A stretch of DNA of 64,000 nt from positions 19,656,001 through 19,720,000 of the forward strand of contig CM052816.1 in assembly GCA_028534125.1 (NCBI GenBank), in the 5' to 3' direction. The notes under the pieces were generated by a model. It was not told where the DNA came from. It saw only the letters and a program-made list of their open reading frames with translations, and did no database searches. The DNA comes from Lama glama (Eukaryota). Below are positions 1-13,215 of the stretch, in pieces. Both the position numbers and the translations under genes were made by a program. The first letter of the stretch is position 1. Each line of letters opens with the position of its first letter.

Positions 1-482
1 GGAGATGGGTGGTGGTGATGGTTACACAAATGAGAATGTAATTTATGCCACTCAACTGTATCCTTAAAAATTGTAAAAAGGTAAATCTTGTTATGTATAT
101 TTTACCATAATTTTTAAAAATAGTTTTTAAAAATATCTTCCACTACTAGTATTCAGTCAAGTGGAATGAAAACCCATCAATAATATGCTTTTTTTTCTTT
201 GGGGATATGATTTTTTTTCCACTGAGATATAATTCACATACCATAAAAATCACACTTTTCACATATACAATTCAGTGGTTTTTAGTATATTCAAAATAGT
301 CCCTATTATTGAATAGTTTTTCAACAATGTATCTTCTCTATTCTTAATTGCACAGTCCATCAAAGTAAATACAAAATATTAGAAGAACAAATTTTATAAG
401 ACTAGGTGAAAACATGCATATTTATTCATATCAAAAGCAACAATTACACCTTTGTTAATGTAAAAAAAAAAAAGATCCCCAC

Positions 483-641
483 CTTTGGTGCACCGAATCC
501 TCATGACTGCCTCAAAGCCAATCTTTCGAGTGAGGTATCTCTGTAGTTCCTTGTGTAATTTCTGTACTTGGACTGGGTTGTGCTGATGGTGGTAAGAGGG
601 ATAGTAATAGACACTACCTGCTGAATACCGAGAAATACAAC
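483..641 (-). CDS. SEC24A: SEC24A exon 15 (later exons lie outside the window)
   Basis: Acceptor tttcag|GT, donor AAG|GTGGGG; 159 nt; GCISRYSAGSVYYYPSYHHQHNP...GFEAVMRIRCTK. Confidence 0.95.
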
Positions 642-977
642 CTGAAAAAGAACACATACTCCTTTTAAATTCTGCCACTACTATTACTATTAATACATTC
701 TATTACTACACCAGTAACCATAGGCATTTGGATCAATCTTTCTTTAACTTCTTAAATACTGTCAAAAAATGATTATTTCATCCCTTTAAATAGTAATATA
801 AAAATTTCTCTATTATAAATGTTTAGAATACAAGACTATAAGGTTTACAATAGACTAAACTGACTAATTCTCCCAAGGGAATAAGAATTCGTTCACTTTG
901 TCCTCCATTTAGAAAACCATCATATAAATACCATTTTGATATTCACGTGACAAAAATAATCATCAGAAAGAACTTAC

Positions 978-1098
978 CCAGAGAAGCCAAATCAGAATAC
1001 TGTCCACTGAGAAGGAATAAGTCAACGGCTACCTGCTGACCAGAACAGTCCAAGGCTAATTTCTTATAGAAGTCAGTTGATGGTGTCAAGTGAATGTC
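978..1098 (-). CDS. SEC24A: SEC24A exon 14
   Basis: Acceptor aatag|GA, donor TGG|GTAAGT; 121 nt; DIHLTPSTDFYKKLALDCSGQQVAVDLFLLSGQYSDLASL. Confidence 0.96.
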
Positions 1099-1909
1099 CT
1101 ATTAATCATTAAAAAGAGAAAAAAAATTTAAATGATTAAATTGTCATAAAATTTAAATACCTATCTATATATACCAACAGTTGACAATTATTCGTGGGCA
1201 TTCTACAAAATCCTTTTGTTTTGTAATATGTTCTCTCTTTTCAGTAAGAAACATGTACTGCTTAAGAATTTTCTATTTTGTTTTACCTTAAAAAAGAAAT
1301 ACACCTATTATACTAATTTTGCTAATCTATTGAATGCTTAGTATGCTGGAAACTTCTAAATTCACATGTAATATTTTTCAACTATCATAAGAGATGGGTA
1401 CTATCAATATTTTTACATTATAAATATAAGGAAACAGGGAGGCAAAGGTTGCACATCTAAAAACCAGTGGAACTTAGGCAGACTTATTCCAAGGTTGACA
1501 CCTTAATCATTATAGTATATGGTCACACTTGCATAATCTTTTGAGATATACACACACAAGGTGCTCAAAAGCAATCCATGGCAGTCAACATATAAAATTA
1601 TGACTACTTTTTACTGGTCATCAAGGTTCTAATTTGTCCCTAGCAAGCTTCTTCTCTTGGTCTGCCCAATTTTCTTGTCAAAGGCAGACAGCATTGTTAG
1701 TGGCCTGCTAAATATCTAAACACAAGGTAAGGGTGAATCAAGCAGAAAATAGTGTAATAAAATAGAAATATCTACATAAAAGAGTAATGTTTTATCTATT
1801 TCCTTATATTCTCTCCTCTCTACAACTGAAAAATAAATTTTAAATAAGCCCTGTAGTCAAAGGGACAAAGCACAGCAAAAATCTTGTACATTTGATAAGA
1901 TTTTCTAAC

Positions 1910-2116
1910 CTTAGCAGATGATCTTTGGTTGGGCTCCTCTCTTGGTTTCAAGGCTCCCACTCCAAGAGTTGGGAGCTGTGTTTGAAAGACAGACATTCGA
2001 CCACCAGTTGGGGACATCAGCTTAAAGGCAGCCTGAAGTGCTGGACCCAATGCACTCTGGGTCTCTAGGGTCTTGGTGAACATTTGTGGCAAACTTTTCA
2101 GTAAATCTTGGACAAG
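1910..2116 (-). CDS. SEC24A: SEC24A exon 13
   Basis: Acceptor cacaag|CT, donor AAG|GTTAGA; 207 nt; LVQDLLKSLPQMFTKTLETQSALGPALQAAFKLMSPTGGRMSVFQ...RSSAK. Confidence 0.96.
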
Positions 2117-3202
2117 CTTGTGAAATAAAGCAAGAAAACTCAAGAGTGTTACAATTAATTTTTTTCACAGTAAGTCAGTAACTAATACAACAGACAAGAC
2201 ACTGAGTCATGATGATGGTCAGAGAATCTACAGACAGTACAGTAAACAATGAAGTTGGTCAAATGACAAGAAAGCCATTTTAAGTCAACATTATAAATTG
2301 GCAAGCAAGACAAATCAAAATTGGGGCCTTACAGTTCTTGCACATGCAGTAGTCCAGCAAGACTATAAGTCCAAAGTGTATCCAAAAGAACCATCAGTTT
2401 AGAGATTTGATTTATTTAAATGCCATGAAATATGGCCTTCTCAATCACCTCTACACACTTTATTCTTTTCAGTTCCAAAGTGAGTTTAACTCTTCCCCTT
2501 TGCAAAATCTAAGATAGCCAGTAAATTTGCCAACTAGTAATATCACTAAAAAGAAAAACAAAAAACAGCTACCTATTCAGGTTAGGTTGTACAAATAAAA
2601 AGAGTTAATGGGAAAAAAAATACTTCGCAGTATGGCGAAGTCACCGTTGCCAACAGCTGAGACCATAGACTTGCTAGTTAAAATGTTACCCCTACGGCAT
2701 ATATGCATGTACAGGGTAGACAACATCCCCCCTTCAGACACATTCTGTTCACCTCTCACTGTATTATGTCATGGCAATTTCCAGGCAGGTAATAAGAGTT
2801 TCTTCTGAACTGACCCCAATGACACTCTGTGAATCAGAAAAGCAAAGGGCACTGAAAGCAGCCTAGCTAAAGTGCTTCTATGTAGTGACCAGAAGCTTAT
2901 CTCAGCAACCCTCCCAATTTCCCAAATGGCGGGCAAGGCAGGTTTCCTTCAGGTTTTCCTCCTTTATGGAATAGGCTTATCGTCTACCCTACTACAAATT
3001 GATATATTAAACTTAAAAACAATCAGTTCAAGGGCAAACTTAAAAGCTGTTTATCTGATGAATTTTAACTAACAGCAAATATAAAATGCTACACATATTA
3101 GAAATGTCACAGAAAGAAGAAAAATTCTACTTAAAGTTCATTTCAAAAATATAATCCTTCAACATTTCAATTAAACATGTCAGATAGGAAAGTGTCTCTT
3201 AC

Positions 3203-3258
3203 CTCTTTACTTTCATTTAAATTTACTAATAAGTTCTCAGGCATAGGTATAAAAACAT
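3203..3258 (-). CDS. SEC24A: SEC24A exon 12
   Basis: Acceptor ttcag|AT, donor GAG|GTAAGA; 56 nt; DVFIPMPENLLVNLNESKE. Confidence 0.94.
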
Positions 3259-4089
3259 CTGAAAGAATAAAGAAATATTTCTTTTAAACAAAACTTGATT
3301 GTTAAAGGTGTTCCAAATACGTAACACTGATAAAGTTAACCACCCCCATACTTACAGAAAAGCCACCACCTCCACCACTTTTACAGCAATGTCTACATAT
3401 GTTCAAAGAGTCAACAAAAGAGCAATGATTTAGGTTTTTATTACAACTTATTTGTTACCATATAAAAAGTAAATAGCCTCTCAAATAGAAAATACTGATG
3501 CATAAGCACTCAGTAAGGGTTTGGACAATTGCTCTGCTTCTTAAATTAAAGACAATTTAGAATCCTGCTTCAGAATTGCTTAGCCCCAGAAGCAGCCAAA
3601 GAAACACTCTTGGCATTAAAAAAAAAAAATGTTGACTAAGATGACACACAAGAATTCTATGTCTTGACACAGAATACAGCCCACCAACAGCTCTGTCATT
3701 CAAAAAGCAGATACTTTGTCATAAATAAGTCCCCCATTCTACTTATGGTACTATAAAACAAGTGAATCAGAAGGTGTATCAACTGGCCACATCAGATGAG
3801 TGTCTCAGGATTCAAATTTACTCTTAGGAATTAAATGCCCTTCCTCTGAAGGAAGTAAGCTGAGAAGGAAATGTAGGTGATGGTGGAGCACTATAAGGAG
3901 TCTCACTTTCTCAAAAAATGTTTCACATTTTTGTACTATTTATTTTTTATTACAAAAATTAAAGCTCATCATAATGTTTATAAAACACCAACAAATAATT
4001 TGAAACATTAAATATTTACTTTCGTTGTCATGTAAAAAAAATCTACTGTCCACTGTTTGGATTTCTTCTTTTTGTTTAAAAAGATTTAA

Positions 4090-7075
4090 AAGTGTTATTG
4101 AGATATAATTCACATACTACAAAATTTACCCTTGTAGAATACACAATTCAGTGATTTTTTTAACACATACAGAGTTGCACAACCATCACCACTATCTAAT
4201 TCTACATCCTTTTCATCATCCCAAAAGGAAACTTCATACCGATTAGCAGTCACTCCTCATTTCCCCACCAACTCCCACAGCTCTAGGCAGCTGCTAGTCT
4301 TCCCGTCTCTGGATTTGCCCTTCCTGGACATTTCAGATTAATGGAGTCACAGTATGAGAGGTCCTTACATTTAGTATAATGTTTTCGAGGTTCATCCATG
4401 TTGTAGCATCTATCAGTACTTTATTCAGTTTTATTGCTGCATAACAAAACATTTCATTGTATGGATATATTTCATTTATCCACTCATCAAATGAGGGGCA
4501 TTTGGGTTGTCTCCACTTTTTGGCCATGCTGTTACAAACATTCATGCACCCATTTTTGTGTGGACATGTTCTGTTTTCTTTTGTTTTTTAATAACTCATA
4601 TTTAAGAATTTTTTAAAAATTGAATTACAGTTGACTTAAAGTGTGGAAAAGTTTTTAATTTTCTTGAGCATTGTATTGAATGAAATTGCTGGGTTATATG
4701 ATGACTCTACGTTTAACTTCTAAAAGAACTGATAGACTGTTTTCCCTAATGGCTGTACCATTTTCCATTCCTACTAGTAGTCAATGAAGGCTCCAATTTC
4801 TCCACATCTTTGCAAATACTTGTTATTGTCCTTTTTAAAAATGTTTGCTATGTGACATCCAGTAAGGGATATTCCATTTATCAGCTTATGTAAAAAATTG
4901 AGAGGCTGGACAACATCATAAATTCACAACTTGGCTCATCATCAGAATCACCTGCTCAGTGATTTTATTTTATGCCAAGTAAGTAGACAGATTAGGGAAT
5001 GAATGAATGAATGAATGAATGAACTGGCTGATCTGTTGTGAGACTTAGAACAACCAAGACAGAAGGGGGCTCTTTAACTACTGCATTTTAAAGATGTACA
5101 GTTAACCCTCATTATTTGTAGATTCTGTATTTGTGAACTTTCCTACTCATTAAAATTTATTTGTAACCCCAAAACCAATACTCATGGAACTTTCATGGTC
5201 ATTCACAGACAAGCCCAGAACAACAAAAAATTTTCGAGTTGTGTTTGAGAATTTTTTAACTAGTGTGATGTGGCATTTCATTGTGGTTTTCATTTGCATT
5301 TCCCAGATAACTCATGTTATGGAACATCTTTTCAAGTGCTTACCAGCCAACTGAATATACATTATACTGAATATGGTGTACTGAATAGAGATATATCTAT
5401 TCAAATCCTTTGGCTATTTTTTTAATTAGGCTGTGTTTTTATTGTTAAATTGTAGGAGTTCTTTACATAATCTAGATACGTACTTTGATCAGATATATTG
5501 CAAATATTTTCTCTCATTCTGTGGGTGTCTTTTCACTTTCTTGATGGTATCCTTTGAAACATGAAAGTTTTTAATTTTTAAGAAGCCCAGTTTATCTATT
5601 TTTTTCTTTTCTTATTTGTGCTTTTGGTGTTATATCTAAGAAATCACTGCCTAATTCAAGGTCACAAAGACTTAATCCAGTGTTTTCTTCTAATAGTTTT
5701 AGTCTCACATTCAGGTCTATGATCCATTGTGAGTTAATTTTTTAAACTACAGTAAAATATACACAATATGCAAAATCGATCACCTTAACCATTTTTAAGT
5801 GTACAATTCAGTGGTATTAAGTACATTCATAATGCTGTGTAATTATTATATATTTTCAGAACATTTTCATCATCCTAAACAGAAACTCCGTACCCATCAA
5901 ATAATCTTCCCCTTCTCCTAAACCCCTGGTAACTCATAATGTACTTTCTGTCCCTAAGAATTCATCCACTCATACAAGCAGAATCATACAACTTTTGTCC
6001 TTTTGCATTTGGCTTATTTCACTGAGCATAATGTTTTCAAGGTTCATGAAGGTTGTAGAATTCATCAGAATTTCATTCTTGGACATGAATAATATTACAT
6101 TTTATGTAAATACCACATTATTTATCCATTCATCTGTTGATGGATACTTAGGCTGTTTCCAATGTTTGGTTATTGTGAATGTTACTATCAACGTTGGTAT
6201 ACAAGTATTTCTTTGAGTGCCTGCTTTCAGTTCTCTTAGGTATATACTGGGAAGTAGAACTGGTAGATCACAATGGTAATTCTGTTTTAAGTTTTTGAGG
6301 TACTGCCAAATTGTTTTCCATAGCACTGCACCATTATATATTCCTACCAGCAACATACATCAGTTCCAATGTTTCCACAATTTTGCCAGCCCTTGTTATT
6401 TTCCATTTTTTTGCTAATAACCATTCTAATGGATATGAAGCAGTATCTCATTGTGGTTTTGATTTGCATTTCCCTAATGACTAAACATGTTGAGCATTTT
6501 TTCACATGCTTATTGGCTATTTGTGTATCTTCTTTGGAGACTTGTCTATTTAAGTTCTTTGTCCATTTTTGAATTGTGTTATTCTTTTGTTGTTGAGCTG
6601 AAGAGTTCTTTACATTATTCCTTCATCATATATATGACTTTCATATGTATGTATTTTCCCCAATTCTGACTTCTCTTTCACTCACTTGATAGTGTTCTTT
6701 CACGTACAAGTTTTTAACATTGATGAAGTCCAATTTATTTATTTCCTTTCGTTGTCTCAGCTTTTACTGTCATGTCTAGGAAATCACCACCAAACCCAGG
6801 TCATGAATATTTCCCCCTATGTTTTCTTCTAAGAGTTTTATAGTTTTAGTTCTTAAGTTTACGTCTTTGATCCACTGAGTTTGTTTCCTATATAGTTTAA
6901 GGTAAAGATCTAACTTCATTCTTTTGTATGTTCACTTTTCCCAGAACCATTCGTTGAAAAGACTGTTTTTTCCTCATTTAATGGTCTTGGTATCCTTGTC
7001 AAAAAATCAACCATATATGTGAGGGCTTATTTCTGGGCTCTCTATTCTGTTCCACAGTCTATGTCTATCCTCAAA
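4090..7075 (-). mobile_element. Cluster of nested old L1 3'/ORF2 fragments (L1M-type)
   Basis: Minus-strand ORF2 C-terminal peptides (WRQPKCPSFDEWIN; WKQPKYPSTDEWIN) and typical L1 3' UTR text; interrupted by other repeats. Confidence 0.8.
5099..5240 (+). mobile_element. Tigger-family DNA transposon fragment
   Basis: TA|CAGTTAACCCTCATTATTTG...AAAATTTATTTGTAACCCCAAAA resembles a Tigger4/MER46-type end. Confidence 0.55.
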
Positions 7076-7341
7076 TAGTTCTTGAATGAGATTTAACATT
7101 AACTTGCTTTTGTTGCCTTGCTCAGAACTCACTTTACCTCCATAGTTCTGTTTCCTCTTTTGTAAAATAAGAGATTTGACTGAAGGACTCTTACATTTCC
7201 AACAATTTTATGATTTTATACTCAAGGTTTTCCTCAATACCATAGAATCATACCACACATTCCTAATTCGTCAGTCATAAAATATTTCTAAAACTAAAAA
7301 TTCTTAAGGCAGTTAAATAATTTTACATATACAATATATAC

Positions 7342-7460
7342 CTTCAATATCTGAAACTATTAGCATCTGAGGTTGAGAGAGACCTTCTTGAAGACTGTAG
7401 AAGTGGATTGTACTATCAAACGTTATGAAGCCAATTTTTGTCCGAGTGTTGCCAGGAAGC
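7342..7460 (-). CDS. SEC24A: SEC24A exon 11
   Basis: Acceptor ttttag|GC, donor AAG|GTATAT; 119 nt; LPGNTRTKIGFITFDSTIHFYSLQEGLSQPQMLIVSDIE. Confidence 0.95.
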
Positions 7461-8833
7461 CTAAAAGCAAATTCAGAAGAGTATTTTATCAAGTTTTCCC
7501 ATATACATATATATACCTAGAATATCTGCAAAGACTTACGTACAAATATCTACTTTTGTAAGATGGAAACTGTCCCAAGATAAATATTTTAACCCATGCA
7601 GTGATTAGTCACCATGAAAACATACCCTACTCAAAGTGAAAACATTACATATAAGCCAAACAATCAAACAGCAATAATACAGCAACCCAAAACTCACTAT
7701 ACCCATATAAAGTTATATTAATCACTGAGGAAATGACACATTAAAAAATACTGTAAAGTATATACAAAAGTTTGTAGATGATTTTAATTTACAAAAAATA
7801 CTTCAAAAAAATACCATATACCAACTCCAAAATGCAATATAGGGATTTAGGTAGTGCATATCTTAAAAAAAAAAGTTTGCCCAAACCTCTTCTTATATTG
7901 TTTAATGCATTCATTTAAGAAGATCAGTAAAAGAATCTGTTTCAAAGAACTTATATATATAGACCTTAGTTTCATAGGAGAAAAGATAAACTAGTTTTCA
8001 TTCTTGTTGTTCATGCTTGGGTGAGTCAATGAACTCTCTTATCAACAGATAATCCCTATATACAACCTACAACATTAAAAATACAAATGCTGGTAAGAAC
8101 AAGAAAGCCTTTCACCAATGTGAGGGAGTTAGTCCATTTCTGAAGAGATTTAGTCCTGCACATTCTTCCTTACCACACAAGAGCACAATAGTACTTCATT
8201 ACGCTGAAAGCTAGCTTTTACGGGTTACAGTAAGTATCTAAGAACCATTTAAAGTAAGGTTATTTTAAGGAACTTAAGACATATGACAAGCAAATGCAAT
8301 GTGTAGACACTGTTTTAGATTCTTATTCCAACAAACCTATAGTAAAAAGACATTTTTGAGACAACCAGGAACAAAAATTGAACTGGGTATTAGATCATAT
8401 GATGGAATTACTGCTAATTTTGTTTGGTGTGATACTCATATTTTAGTTAGGGTTAAAAATAATTCCAAGTATTTTTTAGGTAAAATAATATGCTTACAGA
8501 GATTTGCATTAAAATACTCTAGTCGGGGGGGGAGGGAACTGTGTGCTGGGCTGGGAGGAGCAGGATTACATGAAGGAAGAACAGATAAAAGGTTAAAATA
8601 CTGAAGTTGAGGAACAGTACCTGGAAGTTCATCAAATTCTTTCTATTTACTACATGTTTGAAATTTTCCCATAATAAAAAGTTAAATTAATGTTTCTCAG
8701 AGAAAGTGAGGCCTAAAGCTAACAACTGATTTAAGCGGACCTTTAGAACATAATTACATCACTTTTATAAAAATATTTTAAAATTACTTATTCCTTTTAT
8801 AAACCCTGTTAGTTTCTAATTTAAGATACTTAC

Positions 8834-8946
8834 AAATCCAGATTGTCTAACAGACTCTGGCAAACTGAATTCAAGTACCCCGTTTCAACTGCATTGTGAG
8901 AGACATCAAATACAAAGAGGTACACTGGAGGTTGAGGTGGTCGTAA
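8834..8946 (-). CDS. SEC24A: SEC24A exon 10 (start of trunk/vWA-like domain)
   Basis: Acceptor ttcag|TT, donor TTT|GTAAGT; 113 nt; LRPPQPPVYLFVFDVSHNAVETGYLNSVCQSLLDNLD. Confidence 0.96.
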
Positions 8947-10054
8947 CTGAAGGGAAAAAAGGATCTCATTAAACACATTTAACAGGATTATATTTAAGCT
9001 ATCATTTGTCATGCCTATATACAGCAAAACAATAAAACAAGCATTACTTACAGAGTGAGTGAAGACTATAATAAATAGTAATAGATTAAGAAAAACAATA
9101 TAGAAAGAAAAGCAGTTTAAAAAACAGGTAAAACTATATTATACTATTTTCAGATACATACTCAGAAAAAGAAGAATGAGGATGTGATTGTCTTAAGTCA
9201 GAAGAGTGCTTTTTGTAGGACAGGAAGGGGAAGAAATGTGATCAGAAAGGCGTTGGGGAGTATAGGCAATATTCAGTTTCTTGACCTGGGTGGTGCTAAC
9301 ACAGGTGTTATTATTATTGAGTAACCTATATATTCTTGTTTTATAGACTTTTCCTTAAGTACATTATATTTCACAATTTAGGGAAATTACAGTTCTGAAA
9401 ATGACAAATCAAGTTAGCCAGAGCTGATTATTTAACCAAGATATTTCAGCCAAGTTCCATAAAAATGTACAAGAATATTTTAAATTTCCAAATTCAAAGA
9501 TTTGTTTTCAATTCAATAAAAAGCATCAAATAACCACAATCAAAACTCAGCATATATTACATTAATTCTTATTTTTTTTTGCACATATCACTTGTCAAAT
9601 TCATAGGCTGCCCAAGAGGTGACTCACAAGAGCATAACTTCCAAATTTAAGACAAGCTTCCAAATTTAAAAAAAGCCATTTTTACAAAACCTGGAAAATA
9701 AACCCACGAAGGCCAATTCAAAAGAACAAATGCTTCCAATTTTTTGGCTTTAATTCAACAAAGGGACATTTACACTGCAGAAAGTATTACCAACCAGTTA
9801 AGTGTCACAAAAATGTTTTCTACACTGAAACTTCTATGTGGTGAAAAGAGACTGAATTCTCAAAATTTCTATACTAAAATGGCCCCAGTTAACCAGATAG
9901 AGATTACCACAAAAATATACTAAAATAAAATATTAAAAATTGGTATTAGTCTTATCTTCATATTCTTTTTCCTTATATTATGACATGGAGAAAGAGTAGC
10001 CATATGAAAAGTCCTGGATTTTTATGCAAGCTCTACCACTTACTAAAAGATACG

Positions 10055-10253
10055 TGGAGATAAACAACAAGGACCTACTGTATGCCACAGGGAACTATAT
10101 TCAGTTTATTGAAGAACTGGAAAAGAATCTGGATATATCTATCTATCTGTAGAGTATATATCTATAATTAGACATATATATGAATCGCTTTGCTGTACAC
10201 CTGAAACTAACATTGTAAATCAACTACACTTCAATAAAAAATAAGAATTAAAG
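10055..10253 (+). mobile_element. 5'-truncated L1 3' end
   Basis: AACAACAAGGACCTACTGTA..CACAGGGAACTATATTCA...TTGTAAATCAACTACACTTCAATAAAAA. Confidence 0.8.
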
Positions 10254-10347
10254 AAAAAGGTATTTGGCAATTCATTTAACTAAATCTGCTTTCACAGCTG
10301 TATCCCTAGCTTAATTAAGGGAGCTGTTTGTGATGATCAAAAGTACT

Positions 10348-12406
10348 TGTGCTAGAAAACAGATTAGAGGAAATTACCACTGCAGAATCAAAAAAAGAAA
10401 AAAGAATGAAAAGAAATGAGGATAGTTTAAGAGAACTCTGGGACAACATGAAGAGCACTAATATTCACATTATAGGGATCCCAGAAGAAGAGAGAAAAAA
10501 CCTAAGAAAATTTTTGAAGAGATAATAACCCAAAACTTCCCCAACTTGGGAAAGGAAACAGTCACCCAAGTCCAGGAAGCACAGACAGTTCCACACAGTA
10601 TCAACCCACAGAGGAACACACCAAGGCACATAGTAATCAAATAGACAAAAATTAAAAGATAAGGAGAAAATACTAAAATTAGCAAGAGAAAAGCAACAGA
10701 TAACATACAAGGGAACTCCTACAAGGTAATCAGCTGATTTTTCAGCAGAAACTCTACAGGCCAGAAGGGAATGCCACAATAAATTCAAAGTGATGAAAGG
10801 GAAAAACTTACAACCAAGAATACTCTATCCAGCAAGGCTCTCATTTAGATTTGATGAAGAAATCAAAAGCTTCACAGATAAACAAAAGCTAAAAGAATTC
10901 AACACCATCAAACCAGCTTTACAACAAATGTTAAGGGAACTTCTCTAGTCATCAAACCGTAAGAAAAGAGAACAAAAAGAAGAAAGAGGAAAAAAAGACT
11001 ACAAAAGATTGCTTTGACAATTTGGGGTATTTAGTGGTTCCATATAAATTTTGGAACTGTTTGTTTTACTTCTGTGAAAAATGTTATGAGTATTTTGACA
11101 GGGGTTGCACTGGATCTGTAGATTGCTTTGGGTAGTACAGCCATTTTGATAATATTGATCCTTCCAATCCAAGAGCACAAGATACCTTTCCATTTCTCTG
11201 TACCATCTTCAACTTCCTTCATCAATGTTTTACAGTTTTCGGAGTATAGGTAACTTCCTTCATTAAGTTTATTTGTAGGTATTTTGTTGTTTTGGATACA
11301 ATGGAAATGTTTATGCCAGTTCTAAAATTCTGGTTTTTGAAGTGAAAAAAAAAAAAGTGAATGAAGGGCCACAAATGGCAAAATATCCTTGTTACAGGTG
11401 AGTTGTATTCCATTACTTACATATGCTACATCGTCTTTATCCATTCATCTATTGATGTGCACTTGGGATGCTTCCATATCCTGGCAATTATAATGTTGCT
11501 ATTAATTGCAAGGTATATGTATCTTTTTGAATTACGATTTTTGTTTTTCTTGGATACATCCCCAGGAGTGGAACTGCTGGGCCATATGGTGGTTCTATTT
11601 CTAGGTTTTTGAGAAATCTCCATATTATTTTCCATAGTGGGTGCACCAATTTATATCACCACCAACAGTGTACCAGGGTTCTTTTTTCCTCCAAATGTTT
11701 GCCAACATTTGTTATTTGCGTTCTTTTTGATGATCATCATTCTGACAGGTATGATGTGATGTCTCACTGTGATTCTGATTTACATTTCCCTGATATTAAT
11801 GATGTTGAGCAACTTTTCATGTTCCTGTTGGCCATCTGCATTTCCTATATGGAAAAATGCCTGAAGTTCTTCTGCCCATATTTTAAGTGGGTTGGTTGGT
11901 TGTTTGCTTTTTAATTGAAGTACAGTTGATTTAAAATGTTGTATTAGTTTCTGGTGTACAGCATGGATGGACTTGGAGGGCATTATGCTAAGTGAAATAA
12001 GTTAGACAGAGAAAGACAAGTACTATAAGATAACACTTACATATGGAATCTAAAAAAATACAACAAACTAGTAAATATAACAGAAAAGAAACAGACTGAC
12101 AGATGTAGAGAAGGAACCAGTGGTTATCAGGGGTAAGAGGGAAGGGGAAGGGGGAGGTGGAGGATTAAGAGGTACAAACTATCAGGTATAAAATAAGATA
12201 CAAGGATGTACTGTACAATATGGGTACTATAGCTAGTATTTTATAATAACCATAAATGGAGTATAACCTTTAAAAATGTGTGAATCACCATACTGTATAC
12301 CTGTAACATATAATGTATATCAACTACAGTTCAATTACAAAAATATGATATTGTAAAACACATACATAAATTTTAAATGGTAAAAATAAATAAATAAATA
12401 AAATAC
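10348..12406 (+). mobile_element. Rearranged L1-derived composite, copy 1: sense ORF1 3' part, antisense ORF2 pieces, sense L1 3' end, (AAAT)n tail
   Basis: ORF1-like sequence to ~11006; minus-strand ORF2 peptides ([32 protein letters not shown]); candidate TSD AAGTACT at 10341-10347 and 12407-12413. Confidence 0.8.
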
Positions 12407-12666
12407 AAGTACTCTGTAAAATGTAAAATGCTAAACATTAGGCATAATTATTATCATTTTAAATGCAAGACCTCAGATACACAAATATGTAAAAGTAATT
12501 GCAAGAGGATGTGCATCATACCATTATTTGCAACAGAAAAAAACTGGAATGACCAAAAAGTAAATAGCATCTCAATATTATACTGCAAAATTCTCAGTGG
12601 ATACACAAGAAACGTAAGTGGAAACTTATATACACTTTTACCTTTTTTGTTGCTGTTGTTTTGTTT

Positions 12667-12788
12667 TGGGGAGGGTAATTAGGTTTATTTATTTATTATT
12701 ATTTTATTTAATAGAGGTACTGGAGATAGAATCCAGGACCTCATGCATGCTAAGCACACACTCTACCACTGTGCTATACCCTCCCCCC
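12667..12788 (-). mobile_element. tRNA-derived SINE (Vic-1-like)
   Basis: Reverse complement of GGGGAGGGTATAGC..GTGGTAGAG..CTTAGCATGCA..GGTCCTGG.TTC; shared AAACCTAATTACC tail. Confidence 0.85.
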
Positions 12789-12916
12789 TACACTATTACT
12801 TTTCAAACTTACTCTTATATACTAATTACTTTTATTATAAACAAAGATAATGTTTACCAATTTAAAAATCTGTAATTTTCCTAAAGAATTCTGTATTTGT
12901 CTGTTTGTTTGTTTGG

Positions 12917-13031
12917 TGGGAGAGATGTAATTAGGTTTCCTTATTTATTTTCAGAAGAGGTACTGGGGATTGAACCCAGGACCTTGTGATGCTAAGCATG
13001 CACTCTACCACTTGAGCTATATCCTTCCCCC
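12917..13031 (-). mobile_element. tRNA-derived SINE (Vic-1-like)
   Basis: A box and B box (GGTTCAATCCC) plus shared tail. Confidence 0.85.
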
Positions 13032-13105
13032 ACAAATTCTATACTGTTTTACTTAAAACCAAGTATAGTGAAATATTTATGCTATGTAAAAAAGTGAAAG
13101 TTTAC

Positions 13106-13215
13106 CATGTATTCTGAAGGAGCCATAAACTCAATAGTAGCATTTTGAACTTCAGGTCTTCTGTGAGGTTCTCCATAGACTCTGGTCAAAGGGTTGTACA
13201 TGAATTCTTCAGGAA
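13106..13215 (-). CDS. SEC24A: SEC24A exon 9
   Basis: Acceptor catag|TT, donor ATG|GTAAAC; 110 nt; VPEEFMYNPLTRVYGEPHRRPEVQNATIEFMAPSEYM. Confidence 0.96.

Noticed and set aside
477..482. Weak-looking donor GTGGGG after exon 15
   Set aside because: Exonic AAG and +5 G give adequate U1 pairing, and the SEC24-like reading ends exactly here; nothing abnormal demonstrable.
2623..2640. CTTCGC-AGTATG-GCGAAG hairpin and nearby TGAACTGACC nuclear-receptor-like motif (~2807)
   Set aside because: A 6-bp stem and short motif are expected by chance in 64 kb.
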